Shown one piece after another: positions 24,414 through 36,990 of a stretch of 64,000 nt of DNA; within the stretch, counting starts at the first letter, position 1; every line of letters starts with the position of its first letter. Under the pieces are notes generated by a model, which saw nothing but the letters and a program-made list of their open reading frames with translations, did not search any database and was not told the DNA's origin. The DNA is from Octopus sinensis. Taxonomy: Eukaryota. The position numbers were made by a program, and so were the translations under genes. The DNA is taken from the NCBI RefSeq assembly GCF_006345805.1, contig NC_043001.1, positions 101,618,001 through 101,682,000 on the forward strand, read 5' to 3'.

Positions 24414-24679
24414 ATATATATGTATATCTATATAATGTATTATATAATATATATATTATATATGTTGTATATATATATATGGTATTGTATATATATATAT
24501 ATGTTATGTATATATATATATAATATATATATATCTATGTTTGTATTATATTAAATATATATATATATATAATGTATGTATAATAATAATATATATATTA
24601 TATATATAATATAATGTATATATATATATATATATAATATATGTATGTATATATATATATATAATATATATAATATTGT

Positions 24680-24712
<33 letters not shown>

Positions 24713-24871
24713 TATATTATTATTATTATTATATGTATAATATATATATATAGTATATATATGTATATATATATATATATATCTATATATATATATATGT
24801 ATCTTATATATACTATGTATATATATATATATATGTATATTTTATATAATATATATATATATATATATATA
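23592..24871. repeat. Long degenerate (TA)n array
   Basis: Direct reading; explains ORFs 23670-24523. Confidence 0.95.
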
Positions 24872-24965
24872 ATGATTGATTGATTGATTGATTGATTCTA
24901 GTTTCAGCTTATGAGCTGTGGCCATGCTGGGGCACCGCCATTTGGTGTTGCTACTTGGTTTCACT

Positions 24966-27963
24966 TCATGGAGGCTTTCTAGCAACTGCTATTTGGTGCA
25001 TGAGAGAGTTCGATGCAGCTGCCCTCATCTGCCCCTCCTGCCGTGAAGTTGGTTCATCTGGGACACCTGACAGGAAAAGATCCAGCTTCATTTTAAAGAC
25101 ATCTGTATCCACCCCATGCAGGTCTCTCAGGTTCTTCGGGAGGATATTGAAGAGCTGTGGGCCTCGGAAGCCCAGGCTATCACAGAATCTTGTCCTACAT
25201 CTTGATGGCAGGTTTGGAGTCCTAGGCACCACGCAGTGGCGCCCAGTTCTGGCATTTGCGTAACTCTCGATGCCAAAGTTCAGGACACTTCCCTCCAGGA
25301 TCTTCCAGATGTATATTATGGCATATCTTTCCCGCCTACGCTCCAGGGAATATAATTTTAATCTCTTGAGTCTTTCCCAGTAGCTTACATTCTGCATAGA
25401 GGCTATCTTCTTTGTGTAGCTTCGTTGGATCGCCTCAAGTTCTGTGATCAACTTGACACTGGATGGTGACCATAGCTGAGAGCAATAGTCAAAGTGGCTT
25501 AGGACAAGTGTCTTCCAGAGGACCATCATGGTTTTTTGTTCTCTTGTTCTAAAGGTTCTAAGAATCCATCCAGCCAGCCGTCTACATTTCATTGTCAGTT
25601 TAGCAACATGTACATGAAAGGTCGCGTCATCACTCATGTGAATACCCAGGTCACGCACTGATTGTGCCTCTGGGATTGCAATCCCTCCGGGTCCAGTGTA
25701 TTCATTGGGTATTGCATTCAGTTTTGCATGCTGATAGTATAAAGCTTGAAACTTTCCAGCATTGAACTGCATGCTATTCTTTTCAGCCCACTTGTATATT
25801 TCGTCCAGCTCACATTGCAGGTGTTTAGTGTCCTCAGGGTTCTGTATTGCCTGTGAAACTTTTGTATCATCTGCATAACTTGTGATCGTGGCTCTCTGCG
25901 TGGCTGAGGGCATGTCTGAGAGGGCCATTATGAACAGTAGTGGTCCCAGAACAGTGCCCTGCGGAACACCGCTCACTATTTGTGTGTTAATGGAGGTGGC
26001 CCCATTGGCTACTACCACCTGACTTCTATCCTTCAGAAAGTCATGAAGCCATTCTCCCAGTTTTCCAACTATGTTGAGATCACGCAGTTTGTGACATATC
26101 ATTCCATGATCGACTTTATCAAAGGCCTTTGCAAAGTCGAGATATATCACTTCCACATTTGAGTGGTTGAGCAGCCGTTTCAGCACCCAGTCATAGTGTT
26201 GTAGGAGCTGAGTTAAACAGCTTCTCCCTGGTCGGAAACCATGTTGGGTGTCGGGCAGCAAGTCATTCTCTTCAAGGAAGGTGATCAGCTTCCTTCTGAC
26301 TATTCGTTCCATGACCTTGCTGATGTGTGAGGTCAGAGAGATAGGTCTATAGTTCTTCTTGGCTTCCGCTCTGCTACCTCCTTTATGAATGGGGCATATT
26401 TTACCTTCCTTCAGTTTTCCTGGAAGTTTGCCAGCTGCAAGGAAGCTCTGAAAGAGGAACTGCAGTGGTCTTGCTAGGACTCTCTTACATGCTTTTAGGA
26501 GGATTGCCGGGAATCCATCGGGGCCAGTAGCTGAGTCTGTTTTCATTTCATCTATAGCCTTGGTTACATCGTCTTCCTTTATATCGATGTAATCTATCGT
26601 CGCCGCCTCTGATTTTATATCTGCAGTGGTAAAAAAGTCAGTTGGATTGGTGATTTGGAGATGCCCAAGGGGTGGAGTGAAAACACTCTTGAATTGCTCA
26701 TTCAGTATTTCACTTACCCTCATTGGTTTTCCTGTAAGTGTGCCATCCTTTTCGAGGAGTGGCCCTATTCTACAGTGCACTGTAGCTGTTTCTTTGGCAT
26801 ACCTGTAGAAAGCTCTGGGGTTAGATTTTATGTTTTCTATAGCCCAGGCTTCTTTGTCTGCTCTTTCTTTTTCATGGGAGAGTTGCAGACATTTTTCGAT
26901 TTCCAACAGTTTTTTTTTAGGCGGGACTTTTCACTGCTTTCAATCTGTTTGTTTAGGCGATTTGAAAATTTCGTACGCCGTCTCATTAAAATTTTCCTCT
27001 CTCTGGGGATTTTGTTCTTGTGTACAGTGGCCTTTCTCTCTGGGACACATTTGTAGCATATGGCTTGCATTACAGACATGAATTGTTGAAGTTTCACGTC
27101 GATGTCTGGCGAGGAGAGACATTTAGGCCAGTTTTGTTTGAGGATCTCTTTCTCAATTTGTTTCCAGTTTGCCTTATGGTAGTTCAAGCTGGAAAGATTT
27201 TGAGGTTTCTTGTAGGCTGCATGTCCGTGCTCTCTTTTGGCCCGTACATGGTCAGCTCTATCATGTTGTGATCCGAGAGTAGTGTCGGTGTCACTTTCAC
27301 ATTATGGATGAGATCCATGTCATTTGTGAAGCAGAGATCCAGTGTGTTACCTGCCCTGGTTGGTTGGAGTATTACCTGCTCCATGTACAGGGTGTTGATG
27401 AGGTTCAGGAGGGACCTCGCCTGTCCTCGTTCACATCTTGTCATTCCTGGGAGAGAAAGGCCCTCGGGCCATCTGACATTGGGCAGATTGAAGTCTCCCA
27501 TAAGAAGCACACCTATGTGTTGTTCTAATGTGGTTAGAATTTCTTCTATTTTTATAAGGCAGTCTTCAAACTTGCCCACATGGCTTGGGGCATCTGGAGG
27601 GCGATATGTAGCACACACAACTACATCAAGTTGCCTAATATGTACAATTAGTGTGTCACACACCGAGTTTGAGTATGACAAGAGGACCTGGGGTGTGAGG
27701 TCCTCACGGATGTACATAGCAACACCTCCATGACTCCTTTCTTTCCTGTCGGTCCGTAGTACAGCATACTGTGGTATGTGTAACTCCGCATCTGCTATGT
27801 CCGGTTTCAGGTGCGTTTCTGTAAGTGCTATGCATAAGGCTTGATTGCATGCAACAAAGTCTCTCAGGAACGGGATCTTTGTCCTGTTACTGAGTGTTTG
27901 CAGTCCTCTGATGTTCAGTAGGAGTATCGAGGTGAGGTGTACGTTGTTGCCGGCGGTGTCCAT
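24966..27963 (-). CDS. LINE ORF2: apurinic-like endonuclease + reverse transcriptase (999 aa if two bases are restored)
   Basis: APE motifs LLNIRGL, ALTETHL, GGVAMY, YRPP, GDFNLP, TLDL, LSDHNMI; RT motifs YRPISL, QHGFRPGRSC, YLDFAKAFDKVDH, GVPQGTVLGPLLF, YADD, RDLG. Three track ORFs joined by two -1 shifts placeable at T4 27198-27201 and T9 26910-26918. Confidence 0.9.
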
Positions 27964-28812
27964 CCTGTGTCTGTTTGCTGTGGTGGTCTGGTATATAGTG
28001 GGTAGTCCCACCTGCGGGCTTGGGTTTGATGAAGCCAGGTCAGCTGCTGTACAATCTTTTGTGCCATGCACAAAAAATTGTTGCTCAGCAGCTGCTCTTT
28101 CGACAACATCATGTTGGCTGTTTGTGGCGCGCAACATCTGCGTACCTCCGTTTTGGGGCAGGTGGTGCGTGGTCCATCCCTTTTCTTTGTGTTGATGGTT
28201 TGTCCATCTGCCTCGTGTCTCTGTGGCAGGGTCCCCGATGTGCAAAGCGGCAGCCTGCACCTTCCTTTCCATGCCAGCAGGAACCTCTCAGGTAGAACAT
28301 ACACACCCGTGTGCGCTGTTTGGTTCCATCCTTTGCGGTTCCACTTCTATTTCTGGTTGTTTCACTCTTTGGTCCTGCTTGAGCTTTTTCTTTTCCTTTA
28401 GCTCTTCCAGTCCTTCTTTTAGTTCTTCTTCCTCCCTCTACCTCTTCACCGGGTTCTCCGTCTCCATGGCCCTTGCTGCCGGTTGGAGAACTTGCACCTG
28501 GGTTCACTTCCCGGGCAGGTTTCTCATTCAAAACCTCCTCCCGGGCGTCCACCAGGTGGGGGTGACTTCTTTCATCGTCTCCATTCTTGCCATCTTTGCT
28601 CCGCTCGTTCTCAAAGATGGCATCAAGTGCGCCAATGTGCGACCGTACAAGCGCACGAATTCCTGTCTCTTTCGCTCCATCTGAGCAGCTGTCCTCTTGT
28701 AGCCTCTGCTCTTCAGCGCAGCCGCAATCACCTCCCTAGGGCTATCTCCGCCGGCGCACTCCCATGCTCGTACGAATAAATCCAGCTCGTCACGTCTCCA
28801 TGCTCTGGACAT
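27915..28812 (-). CDS. LINE ORF1: Myb/SANT-like N-terminus + CCCH zinc finger (299 aa if two bases are restored)
   Basis: Track ORFs 28528..28812, 28109..28552 and 27915..28304 are in successive -1 frames; 898+2=900 nt; motifs WRRDELDLFVRAWE...IAAALKSRGYKRTAAQMERK and CMFYLRGSCWHGKEGAGCRFAH. Confidence 0.75.
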
Positions 28813-28869
28813 GCTGGATAATCCGTCTATCCGTTTATCTATCTAATTATGTTCGAGAGAAGACAGGAA

Positions 28870-30115
28870 GATATTAAGGCTAATTAGAAGATAGAGTACT
28901 TGAAAAAGAAATATTAACAATATTAAAGTTTGTGTAAAAACGTTATTTGGGTAAAAACGTTATTTAATCTTAAGGCTAATTAGGGGATAGAGTATCTGAA
29001 AATGTATTAGCAATATTAATATTATATTAGAGTGTGGATAAAAACGTTGTTTAATCTTAAGGCTAATAGGAGATAGAGTATCTGAAAATATATTAGCAAT
29101 ATTAATATTATATTAGAGTGTGGGTAAAAAAAAACGTTATTTAATATCTTAAGGCTATTTGGAGATAGAGTATCTGAAAATATTAGCAATATTAATATTA
29201 TTAGAGTGTGGGTAATATTAAACGTTATTTAATTTAATCTTAAGGCTAATTAGAAGACAGAGTATCTGAAAAATTATATATACAATATTAAGCAATATTA
29301 ACCGTTATTTAATTTAATCTTAAGGCTAATTAGACGTTATAATATTAAACGTTATTTAATTTAATCTTAAGGCTAATTAGAAGAGAGTATCTGAAAATAT
29401 ATTAGCAATATTAATATTATATTTAGTGTGGATAAAAACGTTATTTAATCTTAAGGCTAATCAGGAGATAGAGTATCTGAAAATATATTGGCAATGTTAA
29501 TATTTATTAGAGTGTGGGTAATATTAAACGTTATTTAATTTAATCTTAAGGCTAATTAGAAGATAGAGTATCTGAAGAATTATTACAATATTAAAACATA
29601 TTAAACGTTATTTAATTTAATCTTAAGGCTAATTAACAATAATTATTAACAATATTAACAATATTAAACGTTATTTAATTTAATCCTAAGGCTAATAACA
29701 CAATATTATTAACAATATTAAACGTTATTTAATTTAATCCTAAGGCTAATTAGACGTTTTTAATATTAAACGTTATTTAATTTAATCTTAAGGCTAATTA
29801 GAAGATAGAGTATCTGAAAAATTATTAACAATATTAAAACAATATTAAACGTTATTTAATTTAATCTTAAGGCTAATTAACAATATTATTAACAATATTA
29901 AACAATATTAAACGTTATTTAATTTAATCCTAAGGCTAATTTGACGGTATCAATATTAACGTTATTTAATTTAATCTTAAGGCTAATTAACAATAATTAT
30001 TAACAATATTAACAATATTAATGTTATTTAATTTAATCCTAAGGCTAATTTGACGGTATCAATATTAAACGTTATTTAATTTAATCTTAAGGCTAATTAG
30101 AAGATAGAGTATCTG
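28870..30115. repeat. AT-rich tandem array in the LINE 5' region (about 18 copies of a CGTTATTTAAT(TTAAT)C(T/C)TAAGGCTAAT core, spacing ~47-97 bp)
   Basis: TAAGGCTA counted about 18 times with variable modules (AGAAGATAGAGTATCTGAAAA; AGAGTGTGG). Confidence 0.9.
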
Positions 30116-30574
30116 GAAAATTATTATATCGAGAACAGTTATTGAAAATGTAAACAAACCAAATGACGATCGCAACTTTAACTAAGATGTAGGCCTAAGT
30201 GAAAGATAAAATAGAATAATAAATAAAAGATGTAATAGATGAAATTGATACTTAATCCAACAATGTGGTCTGGATTATTTTTTTTGGTTTACGGGATTTT
30301 TTTCAGGAGAGATGCTTCTTTTTTCTTTCTTGCAGGAGATAACTTGATTCAGTTATTTTTGCACCATGTGCGTTTCGGCGATAATGAAAATTACTGTGTA
30401 TATGTATATATTTATATATATTTTTTTTTAATATTTTTAAACCAAAGTGTTGTAGTGATCTCTATGACTTAGAGTTTTACGTTTTGCAACTACAGTGGGT
30501 TATTTCGCCGTTCTATGCAAACTTTTTCACAGAGCAAAGGCAATCACGTCTTTCTCTGCTGAAAACGGAACCGG

Positions 30575-30595
30575 ATATAATATATATTATATATA

Positions 30596-30641
<46 letters not shown>

Positions 30642-30702
30642 TATATATATATAATATATATATATATAATAAATATATATATATATATATATATTATATA
30701 TC

Positions 30703-30740
<38 letters not shown>

Positions 30741-30783
30741 TATATATATGTTGATATATATATACATATGTATATATATATAT

Positions 30784-30830
<47 letters not shown>

Positions 30831-30922
30831 TTATATATAATATATTATATATATAGTATATAATATATATATATATATATGTTATATATATATATATTTA
30901 TAATATATATATATATTATATG

Positions 30923-30959
<37 letters not shown>

Positions 30960-31169
30960 GTATAATATATACTATATTATGTATATATAATATTGTATAT
31001 ATATATATATTATATATAATGATATATATATGATATATATATATATTATATGTATATATATATATAGATATATATATATATATATATATACGTATATATA
31101 TATATATAATGTATATATATTATGTATATGTATTATATATATGTATATGTTATATATATATATATATGT

Positions 31170-31201
<32 letters not shown>

Positions 31202-31262
31202 ATATGTATATATATATTATATATGTATATATCTATATATATTAGATATAGATATATATAGA
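30575..31262. repeat. (TA)n array
   Basis: Direct reading. Confidence 0.95.
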
Positions 31263-32949
31263 TTATATGTATCAGATGGGCTTCCACCGTATATAACGGT
31301 CAACTAATTTCTCTTTCACATAGAAGACATAAAGACATTGGTCAATTGAAAGATACTTAACAGACATTTGCCAAATGCTTCATTCAGCTGCATTAAACCT
31401 GTGCAACGTTGTTGTGCAGCAAACTTTGTTCATCACAATCATACTCCCCCCCCTCATGTGGTTGCATTGAAATAGTTATCTCTAAATTCATATTTTCTAT
31501 AAATCAAATCTTTTCACTAATTGGTTAATTAATCACAATTAACATCTCCACACATAAAATATACATTAAAAAAAAAAAGAAGCATCTCATTTGCTACTTA
31601 ATTTGTTGGTGTTCTTATAAGGATCATTGGATACTTAGTTGCGTTTTTCTAAAACAATTTTCGCAATTCTTTGTAGGAGAGAGAGAAAAAATTTATATCT
31701 ATAAACTTGTTAAGATTTACATTGAATTAAGAGAAATCAGATTTATAATTCGTTTTGTATGAAGTGATGTTGAGTAATGCCTGCAAGGGAACCCCTAAAA
31801 TGTTAACAGCATTTTCTGTAATAGCAAGATGCAAAAAATTTAATAATAAATACAATGTCTTGTTTGTTGGTTTAAACAACGAGAGTAAATTTTTAAACTG
31901 CTATGTTTAATGTAGAATAGCTTTTCTTTCGTTTTCCTCTTCTATGCATGAAGTTTGTGAGATTGTACAAATATCATGCTGAGATAGGAAAATGTAGATT
32001 GGAGTAAAATAAATAATGTTAAATCAGATTAAAACAAAGCAGGAATATATTTCAGAGTTGAGGTATGAAATGGAGTGAATGTGCCAGATTATATTAGATT
32101 GCAAATTCTAAAGAAAAAAAACAACAACCAAGAGAATTGAAGTCGTTATCTAAGTGTTTAATGACACGTTTACTTTAGAATACTATCAATGTCATCAGTT
32201 TTAACATTTTCAATTTATTCTAAGCTATAAGAAATTATGCTATTGAAAATCTTAAAGAAACTGTCTTTCAAATCTTTAAACATAGAAAAGAAAAATACTA
32301 GATTGTCATCTAGTTAAGTACAGGCTATCATACTTGAGCCAGAAATAACTTTTAATTACTTGAAATTATAAACGTAATAAGAAAAGTCATTATCCTAATT
32401 AAATTCATTTTCGGATTCGGCAAGAGAGAAATATCACAATCAGCATTAAGTTAAACAGAGACATACTATCATAGTTGGGAGCAAGTCTGATCTTTGGAAC
32501 CCATAGTAACTACTCTGAGCAGGTTTACGCCTAAATGGACCTCCTCAGCAAAGCATAATCCACTCAATGCTTCCCAAGTTATCAGAATGACTGACAGAAG
32601 TTATGCTTTGTGTGATGAACATTCACTGATTTGATAAATTAAAGACATTGGATGAGTTCCCAAGATTGCCTTCGGTATGAAGAACACACAGTTAAGTGCA
32701 GACTAACATACCAAACCTGCTAAGCTGAAAGCAATTTTTAATCAGTTGATATTTATAACTTAAGAAGGAAACTTAGTCATCTCTTTACATTTGATTACAA
32801 GAAGTCTGTTTGATATTTGAACCAGTGACAACACATTTCTATAAAGAGGTTGAAAACAAACATTGTTATAACAATATCTTAAATGTGTTTCAGGAGTTAT
32901 TATGAATTTCTTATTGTGGAGGCAGTGAGCTTGCAGAATTATTAGCATG

Positions 32950-33110
32950 AAGGTGGAAATGCTTAGCATTTTTGTTTGGCAGTTTTTATATCCTAAGTTC
33001 AAATTCCACTGAGGTTGACTTTGCCTTTCATCTTTTCAAAGCCTATAAAACAAGTACCAGTAGAGCACTGGGGGTTGGGCCTTCGGCCTAAATTTGAAAT
33101 TATTATTAAT
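32950..33110 (+). mobile_element. SINE family B, degenerate
   Basis: ATGCTTAGC...GTTCAAATTCCACTGAGGTTGACTTTGCCTTTCAT...AAGTACCAG. Confidence 0.75.
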
Positions 33111-33799
33111 TTCTTTTTGTGGACAATTTTGATTTTTCGTTGAATCAATTTGAATATATGACTTATTGCCATTTTCTGGAATTAGAAGGGTGGAAAGCAA
33201 AGCGTTGGCTCTCTTAGAACTTAGAGGAATGCAGGGGGAAGAGCTGAATGCTTTAAAGTATTTTGCCTGTTACTTTACAGTTTCCACCAAGATGTCTTGC
33301 TAAAAATCTCAGAAATTATTTTCCACAACATTAACAAGCAATTAATGATTGCTGTTATTCTTAAACTCCAAGTTAATTCTGAATGAGAAAACTTATGGTC
33401 AAAAACTGATCAAACCATCTGTTAAGGTTCAAACCTCATGTATCTTTCTTTTCAGATCATAAGGTAAAATTTGAGATAGCATGGAAGCTATTTCTAGCCA
33501 GTCAAATGACCGCCTGTAGGCTCTCTGATCAGCTCTTTAAATAACTAATATGTCGGATTGCTAAATATGAATGCAAAAAATGCATTTTATCCTGATGACT
33601 GGATTAGTTTCAATTAACAATGAAGAAGTCTGTCTATTGTTACGTTTTTGTCTTGTTGATATTCTTAAATTTATTGCAACTCCCAGAATGTTAACTTGTT
33701 AATTCCTCATAATTACCAAATTGTATTTTGTTAGGAAAAGAAATGTTTCATGGAACAAGCAGGCTTGAGTGAGAGATTTTATATAGATGGTAAGTATCA

Positions 33800-34003
33800 T
33801 TTGCACTGGTGCTGGTGTCACTAAGAAGCACCCAGTGAAGCACTCTGTGAACTGGTTGGTGTCAGGAAGGGCATCCAGCCATAGCAACCATACCAAAACA
33901 GACAATGGAGCCTGGCATGGCTCCCACCCTTTCTCAGTTCCTGTCAAACTGTTCAACTCATGCCAGCATGGAAAATAGATGTGAAATGATGATGATGATG
34001 ATG
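33800..34003 (+). mobile_element. SINE family C, 3' part with (GAT)n tail
   Basis: GGTTGGTGTCAGGAAGGGCATCCAG ... ATGCCAGCATGGAA ... (GAT)n. Confidence 0.8.
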
Positions 34004-34869
34004 CAATTTTTAAACATATGCAATCTTCAACCACAAATCTATATAACAAATTCAATAGATGTCAAATACTGAAATCTTTAATATGTAAAATTCAATATTT
34101 TTCATGTTAACTATTGAACTTAAGCGCCACACTGAAGTCTCACAATTAAGCGACAGATGTCCATAGAAATCTAAAAATGCGTATTACATAAGTTTTAAAT
34201 TATATTTTCTGAATTTTATTTTTATCAGATTTGTTGTTCAAATGTATTTTATTCTATTTAAAGATATATTTTAAGACATTTTAAAAGCTACAGGATTTTT
34301 TGACTAAACTGTATAATGCTTACTTGCAAGAAAAGATTTCCAGGTGTAAATCTTCAGCTACAAATACTAAAAATGGTCCTCAATTATTGAGTAATAAAAA
34401 CTGATTTAACTTGTTGTGCTGTTTGGGTTAATGTCAAATGTGCAGTTAATTTAGAAATACAGATCCAAAATGGTCAATGTATTGTGAAGCTTACCAATTT
34501 GATATGGCAGTCAGAATGTAGAAAATAAATGAATGGACACAAATTCTTGTTAGATTCTCTTCTGTTCTCAATTGAATCAATGAACACAATTTAAAAGATT
34601 GATTTAAACATGAATAGAATTTCGCCATTAATTCAAGAGTATTATGGTTCCAGTGAATGTTTGATCGTTATAAACAAATTCAGCAACTACAATATATAAC
34701 CGTTAATTATATCCTTTTGAATTCGTAACACTTTATGATAAATCTAAATTATTTGCAAGATGTAAATAGAGATTGGAATAGAATTGAAATAGAGAATGAA
34801 GCAGAATTCAAATAGAATAGAATTGAAATAGAATTGAAATAAAATTCAAATAGAGATTGAAATAGAATT

Positions 34870-35252
34870 TTCCATGCCAGTGGCATGTAAAAAGCACCAT
34901 TTGAGTGTGATTGTTAACAGCGTCGCCTTATTGGCACTTGTGCCGGTGGCACATGAAAAAGACATTCGAGCAAGGTCATTGCCAGTGCCGCTGGACTGGC
35001 TCCTGTGCAGGTGACACATAAAAAGCACCATTTGAGTGTGGCCGTTGCCAGTACTGCCTGGCTGGCCCCCGTGCCAGTGGCACTTTAAAGCACCCACTAC
35101 ACTCTCGGAGTGGTTGGCGTTAGGAAGGGTATCCAGCTGTAGAAACTCTGCCAGATCAAGAGTGAAGTCTGGTGCAACCATCTGGTTTGCCAGTCCTCAG
35201 TCAAATCGTCCAACCCATGGAAAGCAGACGTTAAACAATGATGATGATGATG
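34870..35252 (+). mobile_element. SINE family C with 15-bp TSD, inserted into a GAAATAGAATT minisatellite (34770-34870)
   Basis: GATTGAAATAGAATT at 34855-34869 and 35252-35266. Confidence 0.9.
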
Positions 35253-36684
35253 ATTGAAATAGAATTGTTTGGGTAATTTATGATGTTTTTGTTCAATGTT
35301 CAGTGTCCTGAGTTTCATTCTTGCTGGAGAAGATAGAATATCGTCCTCAGGCCTAGGTTTGAAAGTATTTCAGAAAAGACTGTGAAGTCAATCCTCCTAA
35401 ATGGCAGAACATCATTGGCTCTGCCTGCAACTAACTCTCTATGGAGTGTCAGTGGTGACATTACCTTGTCTTACTGGAATGTAAGCATAAAGTCTGTATA
35501 GCTGACAATCTAAGCCCATTAATATTCCTCATGAACAGCCACTTCAGCCATCTTTGACAGCATTTTTTAAGCATTTCCCTTTCCCTGGAGAGAGTTATGA
35601 CAGGTTATCAAGGTAGACATTAAAGTTTATCATTTCCCCCAAACAATTGAGTGGAAAGCAACACACATCTACCTAGAATCAAGGAGTACCTGTATGTCCT
35701 GCTCTTTTAAGTCTGTTACGGTTATCTCTACAGACTTTGCTATAGAAATCATAGCCAGCACTGATTTTTGTTATGATGTTTCATGTCTGAGACACCTGAG
35801 ATCAAAGATACAAAATGGGTACTGGGTTTATATGCCATACTTCAGGAGATTCTTGCTCTTTCATCAGCACCCATCCAACCCCAAATCATCCACGAATCAG
35901 TGCTGGCTATAATTTTTTAAGAAAATCTGTGAAGATAACCTTAACAAGTGATGTAGTAGCACTGCTAACACAGTAGAACTCAGGTGAGATATTCATTGAT
36001 TCCTCGATTGACACAATCCTAGGCATTGTCATTAGCACAGATGCAATCAACTTCTTCATCTTCAAGCTAAGAATCTGCCCTTTTATCATCATTTCTCACT
36101 ATATTTCATTTCTGTCAGAACTTATGCCTGGATCACACAAAACAACATGACTCATAAGATTCTGAAGCATTCTACTTGCTGGATTTTCTGTTATTTTAAA
36201 CTCATCTACTCACAACGTTTGTATTGTTAGTGTAGTGTGTGGGTATACGTGTGGGTATGTTTGTGTGAGTGTGTCTATGTGTCTTGCATTTGTCGGGGAG
36301 GTGTGTGTCATTGTGTGTGTGCATGTTTGTGTGTGTGTATGTGTGTATGTCTATGTGTTTGTGAGTGTTTGTTGGGATTGTATTGTGTGTATATGTGTGT
36401 GGCTTTTCTTTTGAGTGTGTGTGATTTTTTACTGGAGAACAGGCATATTGTGTTTATGTGTGAATACTTTCTTGAATACTTTCTCATAAACTGTTTTTAA
36501 CATTTTCTTATCATTATTAAAGAATGTATAACTGTATGTTGATAGTTTTGTGACAACCAATACTTAACGCAACAAAGCTTATACAAAGCTTTACATTTTA
36601 CTTTTGACAATCTTTTTCTAAAAAAACTGAAACTGGTCAAGTGAATAAACATCTTTAAAATTGCATTTTCAAACCTTTCATATA

Positions 36685-36732
<48 letters not shown>

Positions 36733-36879
36733 ATATATATATAATATATATATATATATATACACATATATGTATGTATGTATATGTATTTGTATATATG
36801 TAGAGTGTTTGAAGTGGCGTAAAGATATTGTATATTAAAAAAAAGAAGTCAGAATTTTGAATACACGCACATATTTATT

Positions 36880-36990
36880 ATATGTATATATTTATAAGAA
36901 CTGGATTCAATTCATTTGACTAAATCTTTTCAAAGCTGTGCCCCAGCATGGTCACAGTCTGATGACTGAAACAAGCAAAAGCTAAAAGCT
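36880..36990 (+). mobile_element. SINE family A, 3' end
   Basis: GCTGTGCCCCAGCATGGTCACAGTC-TGAT-GACTGAAACAAG. Confidence 0.8.

Larger units (their letters stand above)
24872..30574 (-). mobile_element. Probably full-length CR1-group non-LTR retrotransposon (~5.7 kb)
   Basis: 5' CpG-rich leader (30115-30574), tandem array, ORF1, ORF2 (APE+RT), ~70-nt 3'UTR, (AATC)n tail; (TA)n at both ends. The 5' boundary is inferred. Confidence 0.85.

Noticed and set aside
23670-24523. YI/CV/HT-rich ORFs here and at 21580-22011, 31030-31307, 41696-43527, 57148-57985
   Set aside because: Translations of (TA)n, (CA)n and (TATC)n repeats
28870-30115. Repeat array as a CRISPR
   Set aside because: Eukaryotic context, no unique spacers (inter-repeat modules are themselves repeated) and no cas genes
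35330-36200. Ancient piggyBac-like transposase remnant (NVYLDNLS, acidic stretch)
   Set aside because: Only a 6-8 residue resemblance amid multiple stops; cannot be supported without a profile search
36959-36971. CTGATGA-CT-GAAA as a hammerhead
   Set aside because: No room for stem II; it arises from a loop mutation in the SINE A tail hairpin
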